NCBI RefSeq assembly: GCF_009914755.1
Contig: NC_060931.1
Direction: 5' to 3' (one strand)
Source of the DNA: the human T2T-CHM13v2.0 reference genome, Homo sapiens
Length of the DNA: 64,000 bases
Below, piece after piece: positions 12,716 through 26,991 of this stretch. Both the position numbers and the translations under genes were made by a program. The notes below the pieces were generated by a model. The model was not told the DNA's origin. It was given only the letters and a program-made list of their open reading frames with translations, and ran no database searches. Within the stretch, counting starts at the first letter, position 1, and each line of letters opens with the position of its first letter.

Positions 12716-14760
12716 AGAATATTAGAGTTAGTTTATAATGATAACCATAGCACCTGAAGCTAAATTAGCAAAATAAACATTCAACTGTGCTAAAGGTTAC
12801 TGATAAACTCAAGCTGTCTTACAGAAGACCGTCTAAACAAGACTTGATCTATACATTATCAATGCAAAAACATGCAATAAGTAGCCAGCTTTATATACTT
12901 ACTCGAGTATGTATTCAAATCAGTAAAGTATAATGACAGAGTAATATGTATATGTGTGTGTGTGCGTGTTTTTCTCATTAGTAAATTTGAAAGTGGGAAG
13001 CTTAATTACTAAATTACTAAATCTAAAGAAACATACACAGATGCACCTGTATCTTCAAAGTCTGCAAAGCAGATTGTAAAGTTTGCCATGTCAGAAACAA
13101 AAAATATTCTGAACACTTAGAAAACTGTACTGTCAATCGTAAATACACATAGAGTGGAGGAGTTGAAGAGGTCCTTAGAGATTATTTAGCTCAGTTTCCT
13201 CACTTTGCAGAAAGGGAAATTGAGGCTCCTCTGGTCAGGTTGGTTGTCTAAAGCCCTGTAGCTACCTAACGATGATAGGACTGAAGTCTGATTTGATATT
13301 TGCTTCTTTCCTTCATCCTTTCCTGCTCTGAAGAACTTTACCAAAGTGGGGCTCAGTTGCACTGACCCATTCTACTATTTTTCCTGGTATATGGGCCTGT
13401 ATGTTTTTTTGTTGGCCACCTAAGGTTAAGTATTCCCTCTTTGTGAAGCGCCTGACTTCTAAGGGAGTCAGATTGATACATTTGGTCTGAGAAACTAACA
13501 TGTTTAGAAGGGAAGCAATTCTAGTTAAAATTTCGAGTACGTAACTGCTCACATTTTTTCAGACAATAATTTAAAACAAAAATGCTCATCCTACAGAGAG
13601 AAAAAATGAATTCAGGAGTCTAGGAAATCCTTTCTGCAAAACCCACAACAGAAGCTGGCATTAGCTTGATTGATTGGAAGATGAATGTATCTGAATAAAC
13701 ACAATCTCTGGAATATTACACTGAAGAACTCAGAAATGGAAAAGAGTGTATAGGCAAACAGGTGACAGTTCAGCATTTTTGATCACCAATTATTTGAAAA
13801 ACTATGGTAAGGCTCGGGCCAGAGAGGATGAGAAAGTTTAGAAAAATACAGAAACATCAGGATAAATTGTCTTCCTTTAAATGGCTATTAAACTTCAGTT
13901 GAAGGAACCAATTCATTAAAACCAAACAAAATTTTAAAAAGGAACAATGTATAGATGATTCAATATCAGGAAAACTTGATTTCTCCTCTTTTCTAAAAAT
14001 GATACAAAGCAGATAAATACAGGAGACTATTTATATTTCAAAAATAGTATTTATTCTCTGTGTTTTATCTTGGGATTCTTTTTAACTCAGAGGATTTGAG
14101 AGAGTCTCATAGATATGATTTGCTGAAATACAAGAGAATTACCACAAACTCTTAGGAACATAGCTAAACAAAAGAACTAGCTGAACAAAGGATTGGATAC
14201 AGTAGGGCAAAGGAGACATAAAGTATGATTAGAGCTTACTAAGGCTAATTGAGAAATCAAGACTACCGAAGAGTCTTGATTATTTTTTGATTACTTATGA
14301 CATTTGTTAAACTCTATATTGTGCTAAACATCTGCCCTCAAGGAGCTTATCTTTTGTGGGAAAGATAATAGTCAGACAATAGTTTCTAAGTTGCTAGTAA
14401 GCAGGGTCTGTATCCTCAAGACTTAGCATATGCTTAGCATTATATATCTGTTAAGTTAATTAATTGGTCTATAATGTATGGCCAGATAGTCACCCTGTTC
14501 TTCATCATAGTGATGTAGATATGATGCATGGTGCCTAGCTTGGCATGCATTTGATAAATATTTTAATTGTTGGAATGATATTTTTTAATAAAAGAAAAAG
14601 CTCAACATAGTTATAAAAGGGCTTTTACTGTAATTTAAGAAGAAAATGTACTATTCTGATAGTTTGTCTTTAAATTCCTGACTGCGATGCTAATTTAAAT
14701 GGGAATATGATTCTAGAAACACATATAGGCCTGTGTCCTATAAAATCAGTCAAATTTTAT

Positions 14761-14834
14761 TGGAATATTTGGTTACCTGAATATTTAACTGGAATATTTG
14801 GTTACCTGAATATTTAATTGGAATATTTGGTTAC
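14761..14834. repeat. 29-bp minisatellite, about 2.5 copies
   Basis: Unit tggaatatttggttacctgaatatttaa(c/t) starting at 14761, 14790 and 14819. Confidence 0.95.
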
Positions 14835-15032
14835 TTCATTATAAATGCCATGACTCCATAGTGTTTTGTTTTTCTAAAAAAATAAAATTACATTTATACT
14901 ATTTGAGGGAAAGCACTTTATTTCCACACTACCTCTAATGAGGTAACAGAATAATGAAAAGACAACTTGGAGTACATAATGAAAATGTCATTTAAAAAGG
15001 TTTCATTTATACAATTTTAAAAATGTAAAAAA

Positions 15033-15929
15033 TTCATGTCCTTTGCCCACTTTTTGATGGGGTTGTTTGTTTTTTCCTTGTAAATTTGTTTGAACAGACA
15101 CTTCTCAAAAGAAGACATTTATGCAGCCAAAAAACACATGAAAAAATGCTCACCATCACTGGCCATCAGAGAAATGCAAATCAAAACCACAGTGAGATAC
15201 CATCTCACACCAGTTAGAATGGCGATCATTAAAAAGTCAGGAAACAACAGGTGCTGGAGAGGATGTGGAGAAATAGGAACACTTTTACACTGTTGGTGGA
15301 ACTGTAAACTAGTTCAACCATTGTGGAAGTCAGTGTGGCGATTCCTCAGGCATCTAGAACTAGAAATACCATTTGACCCAGCCATCCCATTACTGGGTAT
15401 ATACCCAAAGGACTATAAATCATGCTGCTATAAAGACACATGAACACGTATGTTTATTGCAGCACTATTCACAATAGCAAAGACTTGGAACCAAACCAAA
15501 TGTCCAACAATGATAGACTGGATTAAGAAAATGTGGCACATATACACCATGGAATACTATGCAGCCATAAAAAATGATGAGTTCATGTCCTTTGTAGGGA
15601 CATGGATGAAATTGGAAATCATCATTCTCAGTAAACTATCGCAAGAACAAAAAACCAAACACCGCATGTTCTCACTCATAGGTGGGAATTGAACAATGAG
15701 AACACATGGACACAGGAAGAGGAACATCACACTCTGGGGACTGTTGTGGGGTGGGGGAAGGGGGGAGGGATAGCATTAGGAGATATACCTAATGTAAATG
15801 ACGAGTTAATGGGTGCAGCACACCAGCATGGCACATGTATACATATGTAACTAAACTGCACATTGTGCACATGTACCCTAAAACTTAAAGTATAATAATA
15901 ATAAAAATAAATAAATAAAAAGTAAAAAT
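15033..15929 (+). mobile_element. Young L1PA (PA2-PA4-like) 3' fragment with a short 5' inversion
   Basis: ORF2 C-terminal translation (15090-15692, interrupted by a stop), 3'UTR and A-rich tail. 15033-15091 is antisense L1. TSD aaaaatgtaaaaa at 15019-15031 and 15930-15942. Confidence 0.95.
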
Positions 15930-16199
15930 AAAAATGTAAAAAGTTATACAAATATTAAAACTATATTTATTTATACAATTTAAGCATTTTCTAAAAAATT
16001 ATTAGTTTATTAGGGTTTTTTGTTTGGTTTTTTTTGTTTGTTTGTTTGTTTTGTTTTTTTTTTACCTTGCAAGAACATGAGCTTCATGTAGGAAGAGATT
16101 TTGTTTCATTCACAGCTGCATCTCAGTGCCTTGGGTGGCATCTGGCACAAACAGGCTTCCTTAAAATATTTGTGGAATAAATGAAAGAATTAAATTCAG

Positions 16200-17270
16200 C
16201 TTATTTTCTGCTCTTTGTCAAGCACTAGCTATTAGATGTCAAGGACATGTTCGTGAGCAAAACGAAAATGGTTATTGTCCTCATGGGGCTTATAGTCTAA
16301 TTGGGAAGGTGAATAATTTAGCACAGTTCCTGCAATGCAATGTGTTATGTTAACTGAATAGCCAGCATATAGCAGGGAGAACTGATGTAGCCTAAGGGAG
16401 AAGATGGGTGTCATTGAAGTTGAGACTAAAATATGAGCAGAATTAAGAAAAAGAGGTTATCAGTAGTAGTATTGTTTTAACCAGAGGGTGGCACAAAGAG
16501 CAGTGGGCAAGAGAAAGGATGGCAGTTGTAGAGACTAGGAGAGGGGGATAGTAAGAGAGTAAGGATAGAGACCTAGGCAAGGGACAGATCATATAAGACT
16601 TTATATGCGTCAAGAGGCAGTTGAAAAATGTTTTGAAAGTCAATGAATGGGCACCAGAAGGTTTTAAGCAGAATAATAGAATCACCATCTTAGAAAGATT
16701 ATTCTGGCTGTAGTATGGATAATGTATTGGTGAGGCATAACACTGGAGGAAGGGAGACCCATGAGATACTACAGTAATTTTCCAGAAATGATAGTGGCCC
16801 AGCCTATGATGGTTGCACTGTACTAGGAATGGACAGAAGTAGATGGACATATTAATAAAAAGACATTTTAGGGATATAGGTAGGGCTTGGCAATTAATTG
16901 GATGTTTAAGGAGAGGACAAATCAAGGATGATGCCTTGATTCTTGGCATGGGAAATTCGGTCATTGATTGAAAGAGCATTCCTGATATAATGAATGATTG
17001 GGGAAGAGGGGGAAGGAGGATGATGAATTTTGTGGGATATACTGAGTTTAAGGAGCCTATGAGATATACAGCTGCAGATGTCTGGGAAAGGTTAGTTGGT
17101 TATGTGAGTCTGAAGCTAAGAATACAAGGTCTTGCTGAGACAGAGAATTGGGGCCTCACTAGTATATTAATGGGACTTGGTGAGACAGATTCAGAAAGTA
17201 TGTGGGGTGGAAATTGCAGAGGGCCTGAGATAGAGCCTTGAGGACTCAGAAATGTGTTGAAGGAGAGGAC
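16200..17270 (-). mobile_element. Degenerate L2 element
   Basis: L2-type motifs such as gaaggttttaagcag, ttagaaagattattctggctg and tgagtttaaggagcctatgagatataca; boundaries approximate. Confidence 0.65.
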
Positions 17271-17864
17271 CCTGGCATTCCAGTTTCTCTAGAAATCGTT
17301 TTCCCTGTCCATAAGTGGAGCCCCTCCGGCCATGTCTCTATTCTACAACCCTGATCCTCTCCCTGGTGTCTCTTCAGCCACAACTGATTGATTTAACACT
17401 GAGCTCTTCACTAAAGCTAAATTATCAGAGTCCTTCCGAGTAATATCTAAAATGGGAGTGAAAGGAGGAGGATCATTCTCTCTCAGGGGGTGGGAGGCAG
17501 TAGTTTGAGGCTGTGAGATATGAGGCTGGGAAGTTTCCACCACAAGGGGGAAGCTGACCTGGAAGAATAATACTGACTTGTGCAACAGAATAAAGGTGGC
17601 AGATGGAAAGAGTTCTGATGGTGATGAGGACCTTAACCAGGCTTTTCTTGTAGATATGTGAGATAGTTCAAGGTTCTCCTAATTATGTTTTCCCATTTTT
17701 AGCTAGCAACCTAGAGTCCAGACTAGTACATTATAATAATAGTTGCCTCATAGAGCGGTTGGGAAGTTAAAGGAAATAATATGCATAAAGATTATTGCCT
17801 GCTACATAGGGAATATAACAGATACTGTTGCTTACTGATTTAACAACTTCCTTTTCTTTGAAGC

Positions 17865-18101
17865 CAGCACTGTCTAATAGAACTTTCTGAGGTGAAGAAG
17901 ATTTTTCCATATCTGCATTGTTTAATAGAGCAGCCATTAGTGACATGTGGCTATTGGTCACTTGATGGAATATGGCTAGTGCAAACTGAAAAAATTGAAT
18001 TTCAAATTGTATTTAACTTTAATTACTTTACACTTAAATGTAAATGTAACTTTGATTTCTTTACATTTAAATGTGGCTAATGACTATCATATTGGACAGC
18101 A
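17865..18101. mobile_element. MER3-type hAT DNA transposon
   Basis: Termini cagcactgtctaatagaactttctg ... atattggacagcag form inverted ends. Confidence 0.8.
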
Positions 18102-21100
18102 GAAGTCTAGGGTGATAGACCTATAGAACAACAATTTTTAAAGCCATTTTGGATTGGATTTTCTATCATTTGCAGCTGCAAGCATCCTAACTAATACTAT
18201 GTATTAAAAATAAGTGGAAATGATTTATTTAACATGGCATGAACATCCCTCATTTTAAGATGATATTAAAGAATTAAATTTTTGTTTTTATATAGAAATT
18301 CTGAATTAAGTCAGAAGGTGAATGTTTGCCATACACACAAATTATTAAAGTAATTTCTCACAGGTTTCCTAAATACCAACTTCTCAGTCAGTGAATATAA
18401 AATGTGACTCGATTTATTAAAATTAAAATGATATACAGCTTTTCAACAACATTTCATTCAGATATATTTCTACATAAGTTGCAGAATTATAAAACACACA
18501 TACTAGAGATTGTCCCTAACTTTATCAAAATAATTCTCCTTTGGGTTCCTTTAACAACATGCCCTCTAGTCTACCAAAATATTATTTTACAGATGGTGGG
18601 GGTGTGCTACTTGCAACCCAGACAGACAATAATTCAGCTAAGCATTTTTCTTTGCAGTAAGTGAAAATCTGTTCAAAGTGCTGGAAGTTTTATCAACTGG
18701 ACCATAAGACCCAAGAGGAACTAAGTGTTTCTGTTACGCTTTCTGTGTTTAATAATTCCCAGCCTTGTTAGTAGACACTCAAACACTGCATCCTAGCTGT
18801 GGAATCTTGGGTAGGTAACATAGTCTCTGAGAAATTTTGATAAATGCTAATTTTCCGTGTTTTTAGATTTTGGTGGTGAGACTGGTGGTTGCTACCTCTA
18901 TGCCTGTCTTTCACAAAGGTCACTCAAATTGCTCTGGTTTCTTTTTATGTTACCAAAATGCTCTATAGCTAAACTATTGAGCTTAAATGTCAAACTTGCA
19001 TTATGTTTAGAAATGGGTACTTATCTCTTTATGCACCTTTCCCTTACACCCCAACGGTGGGCCGACACAGGATATGGTAGAGGAGTTAGTATTCTGACAA
19101 ATAGGTGATGTCATTCCACCCATGTATCACTTTCCATTAAATCTTCGACCCGTATATAACCTTTAGCTGCAGGTTTGTTTGCTTACATCACTGTGATCAA
19201 ATGGTTAGAACTGTAGATTTTCATTTGGGAAAATGATGATTATTTTTTATTAAGGACATTATTGCTGGTTTGAATTATCCTTTTGTTCATGGTTCATGCA
19301 CAACAAAGCTTTCCCTAGCCCTTCTGTGGGAGGTGGAAAGATGCTCTACACCTGCCTCCTACCCAGATCTTTTTCAGAAAGAAAATAGACAGTGCTAGCT
19401 AAGCCGTTGGATGGGAGCAATATTCAGTTCTTTGCCAAGAGAGATCCTAGACTCCAGATACGCCAATTCAGCAAACCTCAGGGAGACTATCTAAAACTGA
19501 AAAAGGGCTCAAGAATCCATCAGAATATGAGATAATTTAAATAAAATTTGAATCCTACTCGCCAACAGAGAACCAGAGGACATTAGAGAAGGAAGGAAAC
19601 TTGGAGGTCATCGTGTCCGATATTTTGCTGAGCGTCACCTCTCTGGCTGATGTAAAATGAGGACAGGGAGTACATAGAAACATTTCGGTTTTTCTGATTC
19701 AGTAGTACTCTTGAAGGCCGTTATTGGTGGTGCAAAATGAGGCTTTCTCATTGACTCTAAATAGGCTTATTAGCAGCACACAGAAGGATTTCCACTGTGA
19801 TCTTTTCTTTGTCCCTAGTCAGAGTGAAGGCATAGGTCTGAAACAGGCTGATAGCTTTGGAAGTGAAAAGTACTGGCAGGCTGAGGGCACAGAACGGGCT
19901 GGCTGCCAGTGTTGGGTTCAGCACCCTGAGGAGTGTCATTTGTCGGAGCCACTTTTATGAAACAGAAGCCCTCTTTTGTGTATTTGTACCTGTGAAAGGG
20001 AGCAGTGGTATAGCTGATCCAAAGTAGCAGAAAAACAAACAATTCATATTGACTTAGGATGCTCACCTACCCCCTCTTTTGCAGGAGTGTTAGTTTGCGT
20101 GTCAGTACATGGCCAGCCTCCTTGGATTCTGGCATGATGCTTTCCATAGGGGTTTCATTAATTGGTGCAAAAGTTTATTTCAGTAGAGTCCAGGAAACTG
20201 TTAGCTTTTTGTTCTCTGCCTAATGACAGAAAATGTCCCTGTGACTGATTTCTTTGTGGGACCAGTCTGCATCATTCCTAAGACTGACACAAAGCCCCGC
20301 TCGAGCGTGTGGGATGAACGGCATGACTCACACATTCCCCTGGAGGACTGCAGGTTTGATTAAATGTTTAAATGACATTTTAGGACAGATGATTATGAGG
20401 ATGGGCAAACAATTTGTTCTTTTAATTCTTAATAACTTCAGTGTGTATTTGGGCGGGGAGGTATATGTAGACAGTTTGGAGGAGTGTGAACAAGAGACTT
20501 GGGTAATCACTGGAGATAAGGGTGATGATGATGATAATTTGATATAAATAAGCAGAGAGTAAGATTTGTCAAAAAGGGGCAAACTCATTGCTGTTCTCAA
20601 TATCTCCCTTCTTTCACTTCAAACACAGACACTCACAGCATGTTCTGTTTCTGATAACTTCCTAATCACACAGGAGCTCCAGGATTTCTGAAGGACCACA
20701 GCCCTGTGGCCAAAAATCTTTTTTCCTTGACTGTTCTCTGGGCAGCTCAGTAGTATCTTTAACATGGCAAATATAAAGATAGTAGATTCACTACAAGGAC
20801 ACTTCGAGAAAAATACTACCTGCCTTTGTAAACCATACACAGTCTTATTATTCAATTTGTCTTTATGGAAGCTATCAGTTAGCTACAGGTTTCCTTTCCT
20901 ATGTCTGATGTACCTATCTCTAGTTGATTCTTTCTCTCTAACTCTAGTTCTTGAAACACTCTCTGCTGGTTTGATTTTCGGGTGCATTCATCCTCTTTTC
21001 AGATTCCAGAATGAAAACTTCCTTTTTGAGACACCCAGATAGACTACCTCTTCCTTAGTCCACCTGGCCCTTATCCACATCCCTTGAATGAGTTTTCTTT

Positions 21101-24100
21101 GTCTGGACACATTTCTGAAGTAATGCTTCTCTGCACTCCCAAAATATAGCTCTTCCTTCTTTCGGCCTTTTGCTGTGTTTTATTACATTATTTCATTGCC
21201 ACTCAGAATAAGCACTAGACAGACGTCTAAGGTTTAACTTTACATTTTATATATTTTATTATATCAAAAACTGGTCACATATAAACTATAGTACTTGGGA
21301 ATTGAGGGTATTTCTTGAGTATTACAAGAAAGTATTACTTTCTTGAGAAGATATTACTCAAAAATATATACATTTTGGATAAAGAAATTTTGATAGTATA
21401 AGATGAATTAGCAATGATGCTTTTCAGAAAACACGTATGCAGTAACTTCATTTATATGACCATGTTATTAATCGGTAGGCATTAATGGATTTATGTAGCC
21501 TGTTCAGAAATTAATGAAGCCTGTTTATTCTGTGGATTTTGTTATTAGCTCCTTCCCTCTTCTTTTGTCTTCTTGGCATCACTGTTGACATCACTGATGG
21601 GAATCCCACTACTGCAGCCATTGCAAGTGTTTTTGGTGATTATTATCCACTTAGGCACCTTTGTGCACTGGATCTCTGATCAAATTATTTTGAAATTTTA
21701 ATATGAAATACATAGGAGAAAAAATTGAAAATGTGTAGAAGTAGGCAAGCTTTTCTTTGTTAAAAAAGCGTAATTTAATAGAGTAAGAGGTGTGAAATAT
21801 GTCAGGAATTTTACTAACATAAAATTTCATCATTTGTCCAGTTGTGTACTTAATGGATTCATGTTAAGTATACAGTAATTCCTGGCAATAATGTGGGGCA
21901 GCTCAGATTTACTTTTCAGTGCATGTTAGTATGTAAAGTGACCCCTATCTTCAATATCTCTATGTTTTAACACCTGCTTTGTTTTTACAATAGAGGCCCT
22001 TGTTTGGAACAAAGCCACTTAAGTTAAGCTGAACATCATTGTACCTGCACAGTTACCTGGGTTATCTGTGGTTGTGATGAAAATTACACCACCATAATCA
22101 CCCCAGGCTACTTACAAGCCACCTTCACAGAAATGATACTGTGCCAAGTGCCACAAAGAATATCAAAATGCAGCCCCTGCTTCAGGCACTTATGTTTCCA
22201 AGGGGAGAAAGAAACTGGCCTTTGGATTTAGATAAGAAACTTTATTGTGATTACAAATTGGATTTCCTGTCTTTATTTCAGGAAAGTTGTAGAAGATAGC
22301 TAGAATTGCCCTTTCTCTCACCCCCGGAGGGTTTGAAACCATTCTTGAATGAGTAAATGTATTCAAAAATTTAAAATTAAATCAGATTTGTTATATGGAA
22401 TCATTTAAACCTAATTTCTTAATTAAAGGCATTTTAAGTTCACTTTCTGTTCCTTAGGTGTAAACACCTCAAGCTACAAAAAACAAGAATAGATTCCACT
22501 GCTGGGGTGAAAAGCCACGACTTTTCTTCCTGTGTTCTGTTTCCCAGGCCTATCAAAGATATTTAAGTACTGAGTTAGGTCTGGCCAGGGAACTCCCCTG
22601 ACTTCTTTAGGGGCACAGATGATAGGGAAGAAAAGAGTAGACCGTGGGGTTAGTCTTGGATTGATTTCTATACTCCCCTTTGATGTTGATAGCTGCTTCC
22701 TGTTAGGAACTTCTGTTGGAAGCATACTTCTTACCTGAAGAAAGTTCTGAGTTGAGACAGTTCTACCTTGACTTATTTACCAAGGCTCCTAAACCATATA
22801 GCACATCACTATGAATACATTCAGGGTGGGGGCAATAGATCCTACCCAGATCCCTGTAAAGCCAGCGTGGTTCTGCAACCATCATTCACGGATAAGGACC
22901 AAGACTGAGCTGCTCTGGTTGAAGAAGCTGTTGGATGATATGGGGTTTGTGCCACAGTGTGGTGAATTCATTTTCCATGATATGCTGGGCTCACTCTCAG
23001 CAAGGCCAGCTGAAAGCTGAGTCTGCTTTGGATGCAGAGGTACGTAGTCAGTGGCTGTGCACAGGACGGGACTTTGGGATGTACAGGAGGATATATTATC
23101 CTTACAAATACTTCCTTCACCTGTTTGCCGATGAGCAAGACTCCAGGAATAGGATACAAGGCCCCTAACTTGTCTTAACTCTCTGATTAGGTCAGATCTC
23201 CCTACTGTATGCCCATAGTGCACCATACTCATTTTAGCTTTTATTACAGTTACAGTTGTACATTTATTTGTGGGGTTGTTTGATGGATATTTATCTCTTA
23301 TTAAATTGTAAGCTCCATGAAGATAAGGAGCATATCTTTTTGCTTATCTTTGTGGCCACTGCGCCTGTCACATAGAAGGCACTGGATAATCCTTTGTTAA
23401 ATGAATAACTAGACCTAAAAAATACTTCAAGGTAGGTGATGCAGTCATTAAGTTCACACTACAATGAAAGACAGTTCTTCCCAACAGGACATTATATGTT
23501 TTTTCTACTGTCATTTCTATTTGCTAAATTGACTTTGAGTTTGAGAAATTGGGCTATGACGCAATATGTGCATAAAATGTTCAACAAATACTGTGTTCCA
23601 TTTTTTTAAAGCAAGGATAAGGATGAAAAAAATAAAACGATGAAAGAGTTTATTTAAGCTACTGATATCCAGTTGTTGGTTGAAAAAATATGTGGCTGTT
23701 TGCATTTTGTTTAGCCACAGAACTCCCATATAAACATTTCTATCTTTGACAAAGGTTTACGCAATTGATCTGGCTGCTCATTTTTCCCCCTTGATTTCCT
23801 TTTTTTAATTCACAGGTGAATGACATTTAGTTCTTGGTGGTGGAAAATGCTCTTAATGCCTCCATCTTTTAAGGAGATGTTCCTATAGCTCAGTTACTTT
23901 GAATATAGTTTTTTGTTTTGTTTTTAATTTATGGCATCAGCAAGTGATTTACACCATAGTGTTAACCAGTGCTCCTGAGGATGCTGATTTTAGCAGAATC
24001 CTAGGGAACTAACAGAAAAAAATCACAGCTAATTTTAGTATTTGTAGGGCCTTGTGACAGATATATCCGAATACTATTATTCACCCTTAATAACTTCTTG

Positions 24101-26479
24101 CTAAGTTATCTGTATTGTCTCCTGTCTAATTTTATTTCTTTCCTGAATACACATATTTTATACATCTGATATTTCAGAAAATGTGCTTAAAAAATGTCTA
24201 CTTTTCCATTTCTCCATTGATTATCAGTTTATCTAATCTGTGTATCATCCATCTCTAAACCTAATTTTTGAATACATATACAACCAATAGACGTGGGATA
24301 TACCAACAATATAATTGCATGATAGTCTTAGTTAAAAAGTTTAGTCTGTCTCTGTGAATTTGATTGTTCTGCTTTGCATGATTCTGGCTGAGTCCTTTCA
24401 TTTGGTGGTGGTTTTTGAATACATATTAGGCTGCTTCCAATCCATCTGAAATGCAGTCTCATGAGAACATAGGTCTACAATCTAAAAAAATATACTTTGA
24501 TTATTCTTGATACATATAACAATAGCTATTTTTATAGAGTTAGAAGGAATATTAGAGATTATTTATCTTATATCCCTTTTTTACAGATTGAAAAGCTGGA
24601 ATCAATTGGAGTAAGTAACTTACAAAAGGGACAAAGAAAAGAACCAGGATGAGAAATTCCATATGTCTTCTTATCATACAATTCAATCCTGTGAATTGTT
24701 GATTATTTGCTTTACTACTCTAAATGACTTATGCATGTCGTTTTATTTGTCTTTCTACCATCAAAATAGAAGAAGGCCTATTTCTTCTTCTTCTACCAGT
24801 TGCAGAGTTAAAATGAGGCTGAACATTCTCTTGTAAATTCAGGGTGTTTACCTAGCCCAGGAAAATCAGTCCTAAGCAGACAAAGGAGACTTGGAATGAT
24901 TTATCTAAACACCTAAATTAGTTACATCATTATTTATCTGCGAAGCTTCTTGAGTTTTGTTATCATACTCTGGATGGAGGCCAATCAGAAATGACCCTTA
25001 AGATCTGACTCTGTCTAGCCAGTCTCCCCTTGACCAAGGAGAACATCTGGGCATGAACTGTAGTTTTCATTGTCCTCTGACCAACTCAGATTAGAAACAG
25101 CTACCTGAGGCCAGCCTTTAGTTCTATTTTGATCAAACTGTCTTATAGACACAGCCTTCAGCCTTCCCCATGACCTTTGAAAACTGCCCCAGGGTAAAGG
25201 CGAATTACAAATACTATTAAGGTTGATGAGTAATCAACTCAGTAATGAGGATACTATTTCACATTCTTAGGGGTAGATGCTTTTTCTCTGTGGGATGCCT
25301 GAGTAGGAAATTTTGATGGCTCCAAATGTGGCCACAACAAACATCAGGAGGCTCTCCTATTGTAGAGATTTCCCTGAAACTGAACTCTGGAGGATGAAAC
25401 ATTTGGTGTAGATACTTGACCTTCTGAAAATAAAGCTTTATGTATGTGTGTATCTATCTATTATTCTCATAGCAGCAATTAGTCTGAAATCTAATGCCTT
25501 GTCAGTGAACATAACAATTTTTGTAAATGTTCTCCTCTTAGCTTTTAAGGTTTTTTTTAGCGATGAGTCAAATTTTACTCAGATTTTTATAGGTTATCCC
25601 TAGTATTCTTGTTTCTTGTTATTGAAGATATTCAAATGTTAATATATGGTAATAAGAAGTAGCTCAAAAAGAGCAGAATGACCTCTTCCTTACCCCCTTA
25701 GTGATACAGACAAATAGAGTATTTGTTCATGTTATATTTTGGCTTTTATTTTTAAATCAAGGAGGTTGAATTAGAGACAGAGCAAAATAAGCAAAAACCT
25801 GAAGCTATAAATTTCTAGGTCAATCCAAATACATAAAGCATTAAAAAATGTCAGATGCGAAGCTAGATGCAAACTGACAGGGAAAAAAAAAAACCTCTTT
25901 GTGTACTTAAAGCCCCAAACCAAAAGCAAAATTAAAATTTGTGCTGACCCTTCTCCCTTGGGGCTGCAGATGTCACTGCTGTCCAGGGCGCCATCTGTTA
26001 CTGAGTGGAAGGAAGAGGAATGGCATCCAAGTCACTAGTGTAAAATAAATCATCTGCCTGCCAAATCCTGAAGATGTCCTGCCATATTTGTTAAGGCCAG
26101 GGGATGGAGGGTAGAGGTGAGCAACAAAGGTGACCATTAACACTCATTGATTCTTGTCTTTTATGACTCATTCTTTTATTATTACATGTTTTGTAAGAGG
26201 TTTTATACTTATACATATATAATTTCTATTTAGTCAGTCACAGCAGTAGTTACAATTTATTTAGCACTTATGGGACAAGATATTTTATACACATTTTTTC
26301 ACTGGATGTCCAGGACTATTATACAAACTGAGTATTACTCTTATATTAAAGGTAAGGAAATAGCTTCTAACTAAGCAAAGTTGCTCAAAGTGACACATAG
26401 AGTGAGGTCTGTGGCTGTTCTCTTACTCCAAATGTGGGGTATCTCAGAAATTGCCATCCTCCAGAAGGCTACAGTCTAG

Positions 26480-26991
26480 CTCAGACTGTGCAAATTGTTC
26501 TCCATTTGCCATGCCCCCATGCACTCAACACTATTCCATGTCTTCCGTGTGCTCTGGGAAGCTGACCCTTGTCATTTGCATGACTGGGACTCTCTGCTCT
26601 CTGTGTTTGTCTTGGGTGGGGCCTATGGAAGGCTTTAGCAGGATATTGGAGGGCAGGAAGAGAAAGAAGTCAGGGTATTTCTTCTTCAGGTCCTACTTCG
26701 GCCCTGTGCGCTGGCCGTGATCACGTCCTTTCAGGATATAACTCCCTTCGCCCTGTTCTCCTCTGTACCTCTTCTGATGCAGGGCTCCTAAGGAAACACT
26801 GCTCCTTTTCCTTGACTGTTTATCCCTAGGGGTAGTATTATATTCTCACCATTGCTATCCTTTGGGTGCCCTGCCACCTTGTTTGCTCCTTAAGTCTGTC
26901 TACAATTAATGCAAATAACTCCTTTATTAAAATCTCTTTATTTGAACACTCTGGGATGAATTCTGTTTTTTTCTGGGACCCTGACTAATAC
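26480..26991 (+). mobile_element. ERVL-type solo LTR (LTR33-like)
   Basis: ggagggcaggaagagaaagaagtcagggtattt, cctttattaaa, and a 3' end gggaccctgactaataca. Confidence 0.6.

Noticed and set aside
15090-15692. Protein-coding ORFs here and at 49739-50332, 50670-50912 and 51698-52309
   Set aside because: They are C-terminal fragments of L1 ORF2 in truncated elements.
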